The translations under genes were made by a program, and so were the position numbers. Below are positions 18,940 through 29,349 of a DNA stretch of 64,000 nt, one piece after another. Numbering within the stretch: position 1 is the stretch's first letter; each line of letters starts with the position of its first letter. The DNA comes from an uncultured Candidatus Saccharibacteria bacterium (GTDB lineage: Bacteria > Patescibacteriota > Minisyncoccia > Phycocordibacterales > CAIRYW01): positions 7,838-71,837 of the forward strand of contig CAYUPH010000004.1 of the NCBI GenBank assembly GCA_964446625.1. Reading direction: 5' to 3'. A model generated the notes under the pieces. It was not told the DNA's origin. It searched no databases and saw nothing but the letters and a program-made list of their open reading frames with translations.

Positions 18940-21159
18940 CTACTTCCACCAAATACCAGGTGAGTTTATTTTTTCGAGCAAAGCCCTTGTCTTTGGTCCG
19001 CAGTACCCAACCGCTGGAGCAATACTATTTTTCTGCTGAAAAGCTATAAGAGCAGTTTTTGTCTGAAGTCCAAACCAACCGGTTGGACCTGCGGGAATAT
19101 TAAATCCAAGAGAAATTAAAATCTGTTGTAACGCTTTTACATCCGCTCCACTACTTCCAAAAAGTAAATCTCGCGGTGGTAGAAGGGGCACATCATCTTT
19201 TTCTACAACTGGAGGAGTATCTTTAACTTTCTTTTTTGCTTTGCTTCCCGTACTTTGACTACGGCGCTCTTCTGCTGGCGAATCTTCCTCTTCAACTGGA
19301 GGATCTTCCTGGAGTTCGTATGCACCAAGGTCAGGTGCTGTGCCATAGATTCTATCTTCACCAGCATAATCATCTGCTGGCAAATTATCAAAAGCAAATC
19401 CCGCATTTATCACAAGTGAAGTAACTCCTGGTTCGTAGCTAACTCCCACATTTATGAGCGGATCAGAAGTAATCACATTGCTTTGAAAATAATTTGTGGT
19501 TATTCCATTTGTCGGTGAACATGTTGCAGTATCTCCTGTTAGACAAAACGCCTCAGGGACACTTCCCACTCTATTGTATTTAAAATTTACCTCACTCCAT
19601 GCTTCAAGATTAATTCCCACATCTCCACCTTGAGCTTCCCCATTGTCCCAAAAAATATTATTAAAAATATAATTAGCTCCCACCGCATCATTAAATCCAA
19701 AGTAGGCGCCTCCTCCCCCAGCGGCGCTATTGTTTATCACAGTGTTATGAAGAAAATCGATTCCTGCTCCCGCATCCTCTGTATAAAACTCAAAACCTCC
19801 TCCTTGAATTAGGGCACTATTTTCATCAAAAATATTGTTAACAACCCTTGCTTGATCTCCAATTTGAGCTAGAACAAGTCCGGCTCCACCTGCAGTTCCT
19901 CCCTCTGAGACATTTTGAATAAACTGATTCCCTTTTACCGAAAGCGTTCCGGCCATCTGAGAATATATATCAAGTCCTCCTCCACGCTCACCTGCAGTGT
20001 TGTCATGAAAGTTATTTTTGTAAACATTATGACTTTCTATATTTGCTCCAGCACCATCTGTTTGAATCATCACTCCCCCTCCTCTTCTGGCATTGTTATA
20101 TGCAATCGTATTGTCATGCATCTCAAGACCGTGGAGTGCGTAAACTTTTGCGCCACCTCCCACATCAGCCGAGTTTCCTGCCCCTTCAGTACCTAGCGTA
20201 TTGTATGCAACCGTTAGCAAACTACTTCCACCATCAATATCCGCCAGAAAACCTCCCCCTTCATTTCCTGATGCGTTTGAACTAAACTCATTTCCGAGAA
20301 TACTAATATTTTCACTATCTCCAAAACTCCTTGCATACACAGCTCCACCCGATCCATTTGCTTCATTTCCGGTGAAAGTGTTTCCCTCATCTTCGCTTCC
20401 GACAATTATGTCAGTATTTGTTCCACTTGCTGCAATATAAAGTGCACCTCCTTCGTCCCCCGCAATATTATTTTCAAAAATATTTTCCGTGAGGGTCATA
20501 TCTGAATCTCCTGTCACCATCGCCATATACGCTGCTCCTCCATCGCCTGCAGCATAGTTACCTCTAAAAGTATTTCCAGTAAGGTTTACAGGAAATGGAA
20601 CACCGAGAACAACTCCATAAATATAAAACCCCGACCCGTTGCCCGAATCTGCAAAGTTGTCGAGAAACATATTGTTCTCAATAGTTGCGTTTCCGAGAAG
20701 GTTTGTATTTATAATTACGAGTCCTCTTTGATTTTGTTCGAAATGGTTATCATGAATATTTATAGAGAAAGTTCCTCCATTGTCGTCTGACTCTATCCAA
20801 AGCCCTGCACCTCCAGATGCTTCTCTAAAAGTTATTTGGGACACTTCCACTCTTTCACCCGCTTCGATTTTAAGTGCATCCCCTCCTCCTGTGTTCCGGA
20901 TAAAAGTTGTACTCGTGCCTACACCTTGAATCGTGAGCGCATCAGGGAAATCACTATGATACAAAAATCCGTCTTCAGTATCATAGTTTCCTGCCTCAAG
21001 CATAATCACGTCATCATCAAAGTTTACACCCGCATTGTCGAGTGCTGCCTGAAACGAAGTAGCATCAAAAACTGTACTGATTGTTATTGCGCTCGCCTTC
21101 CCATATGAAAAAAGACTAAGTAAAATCAAAACTCCCGAAAATAGTATTTTCCTTAGCAT
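18940..21159 (-). CDS. Secreted right-handed beta-helix (polymorphic-membrane-protein-like GGA/FxxN repeats) with C-terminal PG-binding domain
   Basis: Repeated FxxNxA..GGA motifs, PDLGAYE motif, GSSGADVKALQ...FGLQTKTALIAFQ. Confidence 0.82.
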   Translation of the reverse strand: MLRKILFSGVLILLSLFSYGKASAITISTVFDATSFQAALDNAGVNFDDDVIMLEAGNYDTEDGFLYHSDFPDALTIQGVGTSTTFIRNTGGGDALKIEAGERVEVSQITFREASGGAGLWIESDDNGGTFSINIHDNHFEQNQRGLVIINTNLLGNATIENNMFLDNFADSGNGSGFYIYGVVLGVPFPVNLTGNTFRGNYAAGDGGAAYMAMVTGDSDMTLTENIFENNIAGDEGGALYIAASGTNTDIIVGSEDEGNTFTGNEANGSGGAVYARSFGDSENISILGNEFSSNASGNEGGGFLADIDGGSSLLTVAYNTLGTEGAGNSADVGGGAKVYALHGLEMHDNTIAYNNARRGGGVMIQTDGAGANIESHNVYKNNFHDNTAGERGGGLDIYSQMAGTLSVKGNQFIQNVSEGGTAGGAGLVLAQIGDQARVVNNIFDENSALIQGGGFEFYTEDAGAGIDFLHNTVINNSAAGGGGAYFGFNDAVGANYIFNNIFWDNGEAQGGDVGINLEAWSEVNFKYNRVGSVPEAFCLTGDTATCSPTNGITTNYFQSNVITSDPLINVGVSYEPGVTSLVINAGFAFDNLPADDYAGEDRIYGTAPDLGAYELQEDPPVEEEDSPAEERRSQSTGSKAKKKVKDTPPVVEKDDVPLLPPRDLLFGSSGADVKALQQILISLGFNIPAGPTGWFGLQTKTALIAFQQKNSIAPAVGYCGPKTRALLEKINSPGIWWK

Positions 21160-21207
21160 TACCTATAAAGTATAACAAAAGTTAAAAAAGAGAACGTGGG
21201 GATTCCT

Positions 21208-21531
21208 TTACTCTACCACTTCAATCGGGTAGACATCGGTCGCAGGTTCTTCGTAGGGGTGTACTGCTTTTATTGCCGCAAGAACGTCCTCAAGTTTCTC
21301 TGCTTCACAAACCGTTTCTATTCTTTCTTCTTCCACTTCTTCCAGTTTTCCCATTTGGCCAATTGTAGGGTTTGACCCTTCTCCTGGTTTAAAGCGTCCT
21401 GTTCCTTTTATTGAAAAAGTACAGTGTGTATAGTTTCCTATTTTTCCTGCTCCCGCTTTTCCAATCTCTTCCCTCAGAATATCAGCATGCGAAAGTGGAA
21501 CATACATTACAAGTTTGTATCGCTTTGCCAT
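21208..21531 (-). CDS. YqfO/NIF3-related PII-like protein
   Basis: GAGKIGNYTHCTF...GTGRFKP...HPYEEPA. Confidence 0.88.
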   Translation of the reverse strand: MAKRYKLVMYVPLSHADILREEIGKAGAGKIGNYTHCTFSIKGTGRFKPGEGSNPTIGQMGKLEEVEEERIETVCEAEKLEDVLAAIKAVHPYEEPATDVYPIEVVE

Positions 21532-21538
21532 AAAAAGA

Positions 21539-22537
21539 TTATTTTCCAGAGATATATTTTTTGTTTAGGTAGAAAGTGAAGTATCCAACACCCATCACAA
21601 GAAAGCCTGCGAGAATAAGAGCGAGTGACCAATCTATTGAATTTAAAAAGTATTTTGATGTCACTTTAAATGTGTGGGCCACAAGAAACACAGCGCCTAC
21701 TGCAAGCATAGCTCTACTTCGTATAAAGATACTTCCATAAAATGCTGCAAATATAAATCCAATGAATACAATATCAAACAAACCTCCAATCGCTATTCCT
21801 CCTCCAAGAATTGCCGTAGCGCCTAACCCATTAAATATCTCTCTTAGGAGTGAGCTATTACTACCTCTCACTCGTGCCAAAAACACATTGTCAAACCAAA
21901 AGCCAAGAGCGAGATAAACCACGCCGAGGATAATTGCTGCATACTTATAAATATCGAAATCATAGAGAGATAAGTCTCCTACTTTTGCAACTGCCGCCGA
22001 GTAACTCCAAGTAAAAAATGCAGTAGCAATGAAAACCAAAATCTCTTTTCTGTTTACAAAAAGTGCAGTTGAGTACATAACTCCAATCATAAGTCCTGTA
22101 AGCATATGAACCACAGGAGTTATTTTGATTCCAATCTCATCAAAAAGAATGAAAGCTCCTATCGGTGCCAAAATTGCAGAAACCATAAACAGAACACTCG
22201 AAAGTGTGCTTTGCTCTTCATCTTTTACAAAGAGAGCGACAACATATGTTCCAAATGACACACCAAGGGTGACAGCTATTCTCCCAATAAAACCAATATA
22301 ATTCCAGTTTTCAGTAATCATCACAATTACTCCAAGAAGGGCAACGATTCCTCCGATAAGATAAAAGACTTTTGTAAATCGAGATGAAGTGTTTTCTTCT
22401 GGGAGCGAAGCGCTCGCACTTTGAACCTTTGGTGTGGGTAGGGTATTTTCACCAAGAGTCTCTAAGATTTCCCCTTTTGAAACTACACCTGCACTTAATT
22501 GGGATTTTAAAAAAGCTAGAGTTTGTTCTTTATCCAT
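21539..22537 (-). CDS. Multi-pass membrane protein (DUF2157-like)
   Basis: About 9-10 hydrophobic segments; YLIGGIVALLGV..ENW motif. Confidence 0.72.
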   Translation of the reverse strand: MDKEQTLAFLKSQLSAGVVSKGEILETLGENTLPTPKVQSASASLPEENTSSRFTKVFYLIGGIVALLGVIVMITENWNYIGFIGRIAVTLGVSFGTYVVALFVKDEEQSTLSSVLFMVSAILAPIGAFILFDEIGIKITPVVHMLTGLMIGVMYSTALFVNRKEILVFIATAFFTWSYSAAVAKVGDLSLYDFDIYKYAAIILGVVYLALGFWFDNVFLARVRGSNSSLLREIFNGLGATAILGGGIAIGGLFDIVFIGFIFAAFYGSIFIRSRAMLAVGAVFLVAHTFKVTSKYFLNSIDWSLALILAGFLVMGVGYFTFYLNKKYISGK

Positions 22538-22543
22538 ATAATT

Positions 22544-23071
22544 TTATTTTACCCAACCAACTAGTCTAAAGTTACCGTAGTATGAATACCCATTCTCACC
22601 AACAATCCCTGGTAAATTCTTTTTTGCATTCCCTTTTGAAACCACATATCCATTTCTTCCGTTCGATCCGAAAATCTCAAAAATCCCATCATGGCTATAA
22701 TCATAAGTAACTACATACCCGTCTGGTGATGATGGTCCAGCATCATAAGAAAACTTTTGAGCATTCTCAAATGAAATTTCGTGAGAAGAATCTAGGTTTA
22801 CATCATAAAAATAAAGCTTTGGAATATCTCGCAGGGGAACAACATTGTCTCGAGGTGTAAGCGCCACTTTTACAATCTTTCCTTCTTTAACCTCGTAAGT
22901 ACTTTTGTACTCATTATTGTAAGCATAGTAATCAGTATTTTGAAAAACGTACACAAAGTTATGTGTAGGCTTTACAGAAAACGAAGGCAAAAGGACCGCA
23001 AGAGCTACCGCTCCTATAAAAATGAGAGGGAGCAAAATCGCAATAATAAGTGGCAAATGTTTGTTTTTCAT
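22544..23071 (-). CDS. Membrane-anchored hypothetical protein
   Basis: N-terminal TM from MKNKH (ATG 23071, TATAAT upstream); SPDGY and FRLVGWV motifs. Confidence 0.75.
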   Translation of the reverse strand: MKNKHLPLIIAILLPLIFIGAVALAVLLPSFSVKPTHNFVYVFQNTDYYAYNNEYKSTYEVKEGKIVKVALTPRDNVVPLRDIPKLYFYDVNLDSSHEISFENAQKFSYDAGPSSPDGYVVTYDYSHDGIFEIFGSNGRNGYVVSKGNAKKNLPGIVGENGYSYYGNFRLVGWVK

Positions 23072-23140
23072 AGTACAAACATTATACCACATTAATAACC
23101 CTGAGTGCCTTCGACTTCGAAAATGTCTTTTGAGAGATAT

Positions 23141-23620
23141 TTATTCTCCCTTCCTTGCCGCATCAATTTTCGCAACATCAATTTTTTGCATCGTCATCAT
23201 TGCGTCGAACGCTCGCTTCGCTTCCTCCCCTCCAGCCACAAGCGCTTCAGTTAAAGTTTTTGGAGTTATTTGCCACGACACTCCCCACTTATCTTTGCAC
23301 CACCCGCATTCGCTTTCTTGTCCTCCATTTTGAACTATCGCATTCCAATACTTGTCAGTTTCCTCTTGGTCTTCTGTTGCAATCTGAAAAGAAAAAGCTT
23401 CAGTTTGCTTAAAAACGGGACCGCCGTTTAGTCCCATGCAAGGGATTCCACAGACTGTGAACTCAACCGTAAGAACATCTCCCTCTTTCCCTCCCGGAAA
23501 GTCGCTCGGTGCTTTAAAAACATTTATAAGTTTACTATTTGGAAAAGTAGCTTCGTAAAACTTCGCTGCCTCCTCCGCATCTTTTTCAAACCAAAGGCAA
23601 ATTGTATTTTTGTGTATCAT
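23141..23620 (-). CDS. VOC family protein (PhnB-like), second paralog
   Basis: NTICLWF...LNGGP...CGWCKDKWGVSWQITP. Confidence 0.9.
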   Translation of the reverse strand: MIHKNTICLWFEKDAEEAAKFYEATFPNSKLINVFKAPSDFPGGKEGDVLTVEFTVCGIPCMGLNGGPVFKQTEAFSFQIATEDQEETDKYWNAIVQNGGQESECGWCKDKWGVSWQITPKTLTEALVAGGEEAKRAFDAMMTMQKIDVAKIDAARKGE

Positions 23621-23679
23621 TTACCTATTGTAGCACAGGAAAGAAACCATTTTTAAAGCATGCACTCAAAAAATTAAAT

Positions 23680-24000
23680 TTATTTAACTTCGTACCCAAA
23701 TTCTTGAAGAACATTCATTAATTTTTTTCCACTAAATAAATTTCGAACTCGCACCATATCAATAGTTTGTTTATCTACACGATAATAAAATTCAACCCCT
23801 CGAAAGACTTTTTTTATTTCAGTAATATTTTCTTTCATTATTACAAACGAACCTCCTGGTAACAGAGTTCCTGGGCAAAAAAGTTTAATATACTCATTGC
23901 TAATCTCGATAGTAGCAAACGGCCAGCCTGATGAAACTAACACATTGGCACCATAAAAAGTAATCGAAGACGGACTAAATTGTATCAACTTTTTCTCCAT
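23680..24000 (-). CDS. Hypothetical protein
   Basis: 106-aa ORF, own -10 box, AT-rich. Confidence 0.65.
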   Translation of the reverse strand: MEKKLIQFSPSSITFYGANVLVSSGWPFATIEISNEYIKLFCPGTLLPGGSFVIMKENITEIKKVFRGVEFYYRVDKQTIDMVRVRNLFSGKKLMNVLQEFGYEVK

Positions 24001-24039
24001 ATAATTATTATATCAAAATCGGTACAAATAACATGTTTT

Positions 24040-24741
24040 TTATATCTCCCCCTCCACCAACACAAGCAAATGGTCAGAGCCTTTCGAGCTACCCACCTCA
24101 AATGACATCCATTTTAAATCAGGGCTTACAAAAATATAATCAAGCTTTGTATCAATTTTTTGTGGTTTACAAACTGGACAGCCTTCGGGGTACACACTCC
24201 AAGTTGGAAGTCCTGCCACATCAGTATTAATATATTTTTCTTCCATCTTTGTAACTGGGTAGCTTCCTGGAACAGAATTAAAGTCCCCCATTACGATTCC
24301 TTTCTCTAATGGAAGAATTGTTGCTAAAGTATCCGCTTGCTCATTTTGAAGCGGAAGCGATTCTTGGTGTGTATGTTTCAAATGCACAGAAAAAACAGAG
24401 AGAACTTTTTCTCCAATTTGAATTTTTGCTTCCATAGCCCCTTTGCCTTTTCCCTCACGAAGCGGTCTCTCACTGGATTCTATAATCGGGTATTTACTAA
24501 ATATTCCTAGATTAAGCTTCACATGTTTTCCATTGTTATCTGTAAATTCAACATGAGGCATTACCACTCCTGCATACCCTTTGTTTTTCAAATATGTCAC
24601 GGTGTCTCGCGCAGGATCATTAACTACAATTTCTTGAAGAGCGATAATATCTGCGTCTGCCCCATCTAAAAACCTCACAACTTCACTAAAGTGACAGTCG
24701 TACCAAATATTCCATGATAATAGTTTGATTTTGTGTGGCAT
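24040..24741 (-). CDS. Endonuclease/exonuclease/phosphatase family protein
   Basis: LSWNI, IALQE, MGDFNS, LDYIFV, SDH motifs. Confidence 0.9.
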   Translation of the reverse strand: MPHKIKLLSWNIWYDCHFSEVVRFLDGADADIIALQEIVVNDPARDTVTYLKNKGYAGVVMPHVEFTDNNGKHVKLNLGIFSKYPIIESSERPLREGKGKGAMEAKIQIGEKVLSVFSVHLKHTHQESLPLQNEQADTLATILPLEKGIVMGDFNSVPGSYPVTKMEEKYINTDVAGLPTWSVYPEGCPVCKPQKIDTKLDYIFVSPDLKWMSFEVGSSKGSDHLLVLVEGEI

Positions 24742-24750
24742 ACAGTTTGA

Positions 24751-25530
24751 TTAGTTTTGTTCTGGGTTAAATCCATAACACACCTGTATCTCTTCTTCGA
24801 GAGTGAAGTATGAACGATTCCCTAATTTTTGAGTCAGCACCCCTTTTACCTCACTCAAGAATTCTTTCTTGTCTTCTTCTGATAAAAGTTCATAAGTACC
24901 CGATGTGGTCTGAAGACCGACCCGCTCTTCTACTGTTGTGTTAAAAATTATTGGTATTCTTTCTGTTGAAACTTTTTCCAAACCGTTTTTATAAAAGAAG
25001 TTTGATATATATGTGAGGTCCCTAAGCTCAGAAGGTACTTTTACCCAGTTATATTTTCTGTAAATACTTGCTGGAATCTCATCTTCTTCTGGTATATCTT
25101 TTGTTGTTAGTGTCCAAAAGACGAAAAGTAATCCACCTGGTCGCAATACCCTTTTAATTTCAGATATCGCCCTCTCATTTACAAAAAAGTGAAAAGCGGT
25201 TCCGACAGTAACCACATCAAAATGACTGTCTGGAAACTGCAGATTTTCTACATCTGAAACTATGTAATCAATACTCAATTTTTTAAGCTGCGCCTGTTTC
25301 TTTGCCTCCTCAATCATGAGTGGATCATGGTCAGTGCCGGTTACTTTTAAACCAGTTTCCACTAAAGGTTCAGTAGACTTGCCTGTGCCGCAAGCTATAT
25401 CAAGGATACTGTTACTGCCTTTTGGGATTTGTTTTACCAACACATCAAAAAGCGCTTTGGGATAAGGCAGTCTGTATTTTGTATAGTTTGTTGCTTGGGA
25501 GCCAAACATTTTTTTGAATCTATCGAGCAT
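24751..25530 (-). CDS. Class I SAM-dependent methyltransferase
   Basis: LDIACGTG, FDVVTVGTAFHFF, RVLRPGG. Confidence 0.9.
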   Translation of the reverse strand: MLDRFKKMFGSQATNYTKYRLPYPKALFDVLVKQIPKGSNSILDIACGTGKSTEPLVETGLKVTGTDHDPLMIEEAKKQAQLKKLSIDYIVSDVENLQFPDSHFDVVTVGTAFHFFVNERAISEIKRVLRPGGLLFVFWTLTTKDIPEEDEIPASIYRKYNWVKVPSELRDLTYISNFFYKNGLEKVSTERIPIIFNTTVEERVGLQTTSGTYELLSEEDKKEFLSEVKGVLTQKLGNRSYFTLEEEIQVCYGFNPEQN

Positions 25531-25673
25531 TTTTATTTTAAAATTCTTTTATGTGAGGGTATTATAGCAGGAAATTAAGAAGAGGGTTTTCTTTATTCGA
25601 TTTAGAAATTAAATATTAAAAAAACTCCGGGAGGCATTACCCTCCAGGAGTCGTTCGGAAACAAGGAACTTTA

Positions 25674-26777
25674 TCATCGAACCGCCAGTGTCTCACCGGC
25701 ATATTCGATACCCTTCGGCCTGATCACGACTTTCTTGTCGCCGGCTTCGATGTGTCCGGCAACGAACGCTCGCAGACCGAGTTTCTTGGCGACGTCAATC
25801 ACTTGAGTTGCTTGAGCTTCGGTCACGTAGAGTGCAAACCCTGCACCCATGTTGAGGTTACCGTAGGCTTCAGTGTCATCGACCGGTCCATGCTGTTGCA
25901 GGAAGTCGAAGATCGGGAGCTGCTTCGGAAGCGTCTCGATGATATAGCTCCACGGATGCGTTGACCGCATAAGCTTGCGCCAGCCATGGCCGGTGACGTT
26001 CACCGCGTAGTGGATGTCCACTCCTGCGTTGATACAGTCTTCGACGAGGCCGACGTAGATGTGGGTCGGATCGAGAAGCGTTTCGCCATAGCTTCGGCCG
26101 TCGGAGAGTTTCGTGAGATACCCTTTCGGCAGCCCATCAGCAATCTTTCGCGCCAATGTGAGCCCATTAGCATGAATGCCAGAACTCTCGATAATGACAA
26201 TTGCGTCGCCGTGCTGAATTGGACCAGCAATGAGACGCTCCTTAGGTTCGACGATTCCCATCGCTGAACCAGAGAGAACAACCGTTCCCGGAATTACGAT
26301 ACCCCTTAGGGTCGGCGTTTCGCCTCCGCCCCAGGTGCAGCGTGCCAGATTGCATGCGTTCCCCCAACCCGTGACGAGGTCGCCCGTGCGGTTCGTGTCA
26401 TTGAACCAATCTGAAGTGCCACCTGCGACATGCATCGCCACTGACAGTGGCAGGGCTCCAACTGTAACCATGTCGTTAACAATCATCGCGACAGTGTCTT
26501 GTGCAATCTGATTGTAATACGACCTACCAGTCAGATCATACATTGCGTCCGCAACCAGGTTCTTAGTTCCGAGTCCTTCCTCGACATGAGCGAGGAAACC
26601 CCAGGGAGTTTCGATCAAGTAGGCACTTTCACCCCTCGATGGTGCGAATTCACAGAAGTCTCCACCGCCAAGGCGATTAATGTTTCCCGCAGTTCCCCGC
26701 GCAGCTTCCTGCGCTGCTACTTTGAAGGGGTCCATGGCACTGTAATTGACGCCAGTGCCTGCATAGGTCATTTTCAT
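25674..26777 (-). CDS. purM: Phosphoribosylformylglycinamidine cyclo-ligase (AIR synthetase)
   Basis: TYAGTGV, EGLGTK, GGETPTL, SSGIHANG, NMGAGF motifs; visibly more GC-rich than flanks. Confidence 0.88.
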   Translation of the reverse strand: MKMTYAGTGVNYSAMDPFKVAAQEAARGTAGNINRLGGGDFCEFAPSRGESAYLIETPWGFLAHVEEGLGTKNLVADAMYDLTGRSYYNQIAQDTVAMIVNDMVTVGALPLSVAMHVAGGTSDWFNDTNRTGDLVTGWGNACNLARCTWGGGETPTLRGIVIPGTVVLSGSAMGIVEPKERLIAGPIQHGDAIVIIESSGIHANGLTLARKIADGLPKGYLTKLSDGRSYGETLLDPTHIYVGLVEDCINAGVDIHYAVNVTGHGWRKLMRSTHPWSYIIETLPKQLPIFDFLQQHGPVDDTEAYGNLNMGAGFALYVTEAQATQVIDVAKKLGLRAFVAGHIEAGDKKVVIRPKGIEYAGETLAVR

Positions 26778-26960
26778 GATTGTTTTTCAAGTGAGCACAT
26801 TAAGCCGTGCTTTTGGCTCGCTGAAGATTTCAGCTCTATGGCAAGATTATTAGAAAATGGAGAATATTGCAACTAAATCATTGTAGATACTCACTAAAAA
26901 ATATTATTCCTTTTGTTTACGAGTAAATTGATAGAAAAAAGAAAATGACTTAGTATAAAT

Positions 26961-27743
26961 TTATTTTACTTTCAGCACATAGGTCTGTGCCATTGGTTCA
27001 ATATCATAATATCTTGCATGAGTCTCCTTATACTTATCGGAAACAGGTCTACAATCTTCAATTGTTTCAATCTCAAAATATTTATTAATAGTTTCTTTTA
27101 AAAATTCAGAGGTTTTATAGTAGTGGTAGAAAGTTCCATATTCTCCATTTTTCCCGTGATGGAATTCGTACCGCTCCCCGTTAGTCATATCCCTCCCAAC
27201 TTTTTTCAATTCGTATTTTGGGTTCAATGTTGTAAAGATATAATACGAGCCAGGTTTAAGGATTTTAGAAACATATGCCATATGTGCTGTGAAGTCTTCA
27301 AGAGACAAGTGCATCAGAAAGTTCCTCGATACACATAAATCCACTGACTGATTATCAAAGAGACCAAAATCTTTATCAATATGAGACTGTACAGAAGCAA
27401 TATTTTTAGGATTTCCTATATCATGAAAATAACGATTAGACTGATCAACAAGCTCCTCAGAACCCTCGACCCCAATATACAAAAGCGTATTGAAACGAGC
27501 ATGGTCAACATTGAAATTATTTTGAAATGCTGGTACGGAAGCTTTGTGCCCAAATAAAATCTGGATGCCCATAAGGTTAGTACCGCAACCAAAATCTACA
27601 ACTATTGATTTAGGGTGCTGGGAGAGAAAATTGAGTATGTGGGAATAAAGAGAGGGATTAATTACATAATCTAAACCAACATTACCTGCCTGCTCTAATT
27701 TTTCCCATAAACTCTCCCAATTCGTTTTTCCGTATTCATGCAT
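26961..27743 (-). CDS. Class I SAM-dependent methyltransferase
   Basis: VDFGCGT, SRNFLMHL, ILKPGS. Confidence 0.8.
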   Translation of the reverse strand: MHEYGKTNWESLWEKLEQAGNVGLDYVINPSLYSHILNFLSQHPKSIVVDFGCGTNLMGIQILFGHKASVPAFQNNFNVDHARFNTLLYIGVEGSEELVDQSNRYFHDIGNPKNIASVQSHIDKDFGLFDNQSVDLCVSRNFLMHLSLEDFTAHMAYVSKILKPGSYYIFTTLNPKYELKKVGRDMTNGERYEFHHGKNGEYGTFYHYYKTSEFLKETINKYFEIETIEDCRPVSDKYKETHARYYDIEPMAQTYVLKVK

Positions 27744-27745
27744 AA

Positions 27746-28204
27746 TTATTTCTTTTCAGGGAGAAGATTCCACAACATATCAAACATGTCGATAAACACA
27801 TCAACAAGTACCGGGCTTTCAATCACTAACCCTAGCACAGTCTGATGAGGATTCATTATTAAGATCTTATCGTCTAAAATATCAATACTGCTCTTAAATT
27901 CATACGTATCAGGAACAGTCTTTACTTGACGATGTGGCAATGAAGCAACTTCGTACTTAAGACCATTTTCTTTAAAAATAACTTGTGTATCAACTGAGGC
28001 ATCATTCAATTTTTTTCTGAACTCTTGTAGAAATTCAGGGTTCACTGGAAGCCAATCCTCTATACTTGCGATTGCACGCCACTTTTTATATTTACCTACA
28101 TTCGAATTATAAAAACTTTCTAACTGATCTGATGTATTTAGTATCGAAATACCTTTCGACTCTTTCGAAGCTTGGTCGATAAGATTTTGTATTTGTTTAT
28201 CCAT
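27746..28204 (-). CDS. TrmB-like C-terminal (effector-binding) domain without HTH
   Basis: IDILDDKILIM...GLVIESPVLVDVFIDMFDMLW resembles the TrmB C-terminus. Confidence 0.6.
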   Translation of the reverse strand: MDKQIQNLIDQASKESKGISILNTSDQLESFYNSNVGKYKKWRAIASIEDWLPVNPEFLQEFRKKLNDASVDTQVIFKENGLKYEVASLPHRQVKTVPDTYEFKSSIDILDDKILIMNPHQTVLGLVIESPVLVDVFIDMFDMLWNLLPEKK

Positions 28205-28371
28205 ATTCTTACATTCTAGCGTATTTATCGAATACCATATAATATTCCCAGCATCCTTTAATACTTTTCTAAATTACTGGTGTCTTTGAGCAAGAGCTGT
28301 TGTCGGTTAAGACTCTGCTTAGTTGATCTTGCTTTGTTTCGATTTACCAAAACAGTGCGCCTCGCCTGGAA

Positions 28372-28884
28372 TTACTTTACATAATTCGTCTCCAAATCCA
28401 TCTCTGTTTTCAATTCCAAAGCACGTTGCATAATATGATCCCCGATTTCTCCCCAGTCAAAATACTTCTTGTAGTCTTTAGGATCAATCAATTCAATCTT
28501 AGTCACGTCACCATCAGGATCATTTATAAAAGGACCATATGGTTCGACGATACATACCGACCGAGTCTGCGATACAACCCCTTTTGACTCAGTTATATCC
28601 TGACAACCAATGAAACGCTGTTTGAGTACATTCATATTTGTCTCCTCTTTCACTTCGCGCCGTACAGCCGTCCGAACGTCTTCACCCTCTTCTACTCCTC
28701 CGCCAGGCGGAGACCAATACCCTTTTGCATCCGAATATACCAAAACGAGCTTTTCTCCATGAAAACAATATGCATGAACTCCTTGGATTTTCTTCTTACC
28801 CCAATCACGCTCACTATTTATATCGTTATAGATAACAGGGAGTATTTCACCGGACCTATTTGTGAGGGTTGATTTAATTTCCAT
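28372..28884 (-). CDS. NUDIX hydrolase
   Basis: PGGGVEEGEDVRTAVRREVKEET Nudix box. Confidence 0.92.
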   Translation of the reverse strand: MEIKSTLTNRSGEILPVIYNDINSERDWGKKKIQGVHAYCFHGEKLVLVYSDAKGYWSPPGGGVEEGEDVRTAVRREVKEETNMNVLKQRFIGCQDITESKGVVSQTRSVCIVEPYGPFINDPDGDVTKIELIDPKDYKKYFDWGEIGDHIMQRALELKTEMDLETNYVK

Positions 28885-28941
28885 TAATTATAATTATATC
28901 ACTTTGGTAACTTTACTAAGTGCTGAGTCTTGAGTATATGT

Positions 28942-29265
28942 TTAGTCTCTGTTTTCAAAATGAAAAAGAGGATCCATACGTTCAACTAACTCCAAACTAC
29001 TTTCTCGCGCTTTCTTGTGATCTACGTCTATTGGATGAGGAGTTTCTGTGACAGCTTTTCGAGCCTTCTCAAAATCTTCAGCTTCCATGAAGTAAAAGAC
29101 CTCTAGACCATCATTTGAAATAAAACAGGACTCAGATACAACACCTTCATTTTTGAGAGTAGCAACAACTTCTTCCTTTCTACGTTTCAACTCCTCTGAC
29201 CAATCGAGCCAGATTTGTTTTGCATTAGGTTTAAATTGGAATTTAACTAATTTAACATTTGTCAT
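28942..29265 (-). CDS. Hypothetical protein (DUF6176-like)
   Basis: TLKNEGVVSESCF...HPIDVDH pattern; own -10 box. Confidence 0.65.
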   Translation of the reverse strand: MTNVKLVKFQFKPNAKQIWLDWSEELKRRKEEVVATLKNEGVVSESCFISNDGLEVFYFMEAEDFEKARKAVTETPHPIDVDHKKARESSLELVERMDPLFHFENRD

Positions 29266-29308
29266 ATCTTTATTGTAACGTATTTCATGTGCAATATCCT
29301 AGTAGGGA

Positions 29309-29325
29309 TTTGCTGCGGGTAAGGA
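29309..29325 (-). repeat. Inverted copy of the tRNA-Gln 3' end
   Basis: TTTGCTGCGGGTAAGG matches the reverse complement of 30563-30578 (TTTGCTGCGGGTCAGG) at 15/16 positions. Confidence 0.55.
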
Positions 29326-29349
29326 AACAATTTTTAGTTGCATAGATTC

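Noticed and set aside
26780-26850. Purine/ZTP riboswitch upstream of purM
   Set aside because: Only two short hairpins; I could not see the conserved motifs of either riboswitch class.
28355-28373. GTGCGCCTCGCCTGGAATT as another tRNA 3'-end remnant
   Set aside because: Plausible shape but no cognate tRNA in the window to compare; too short to support.
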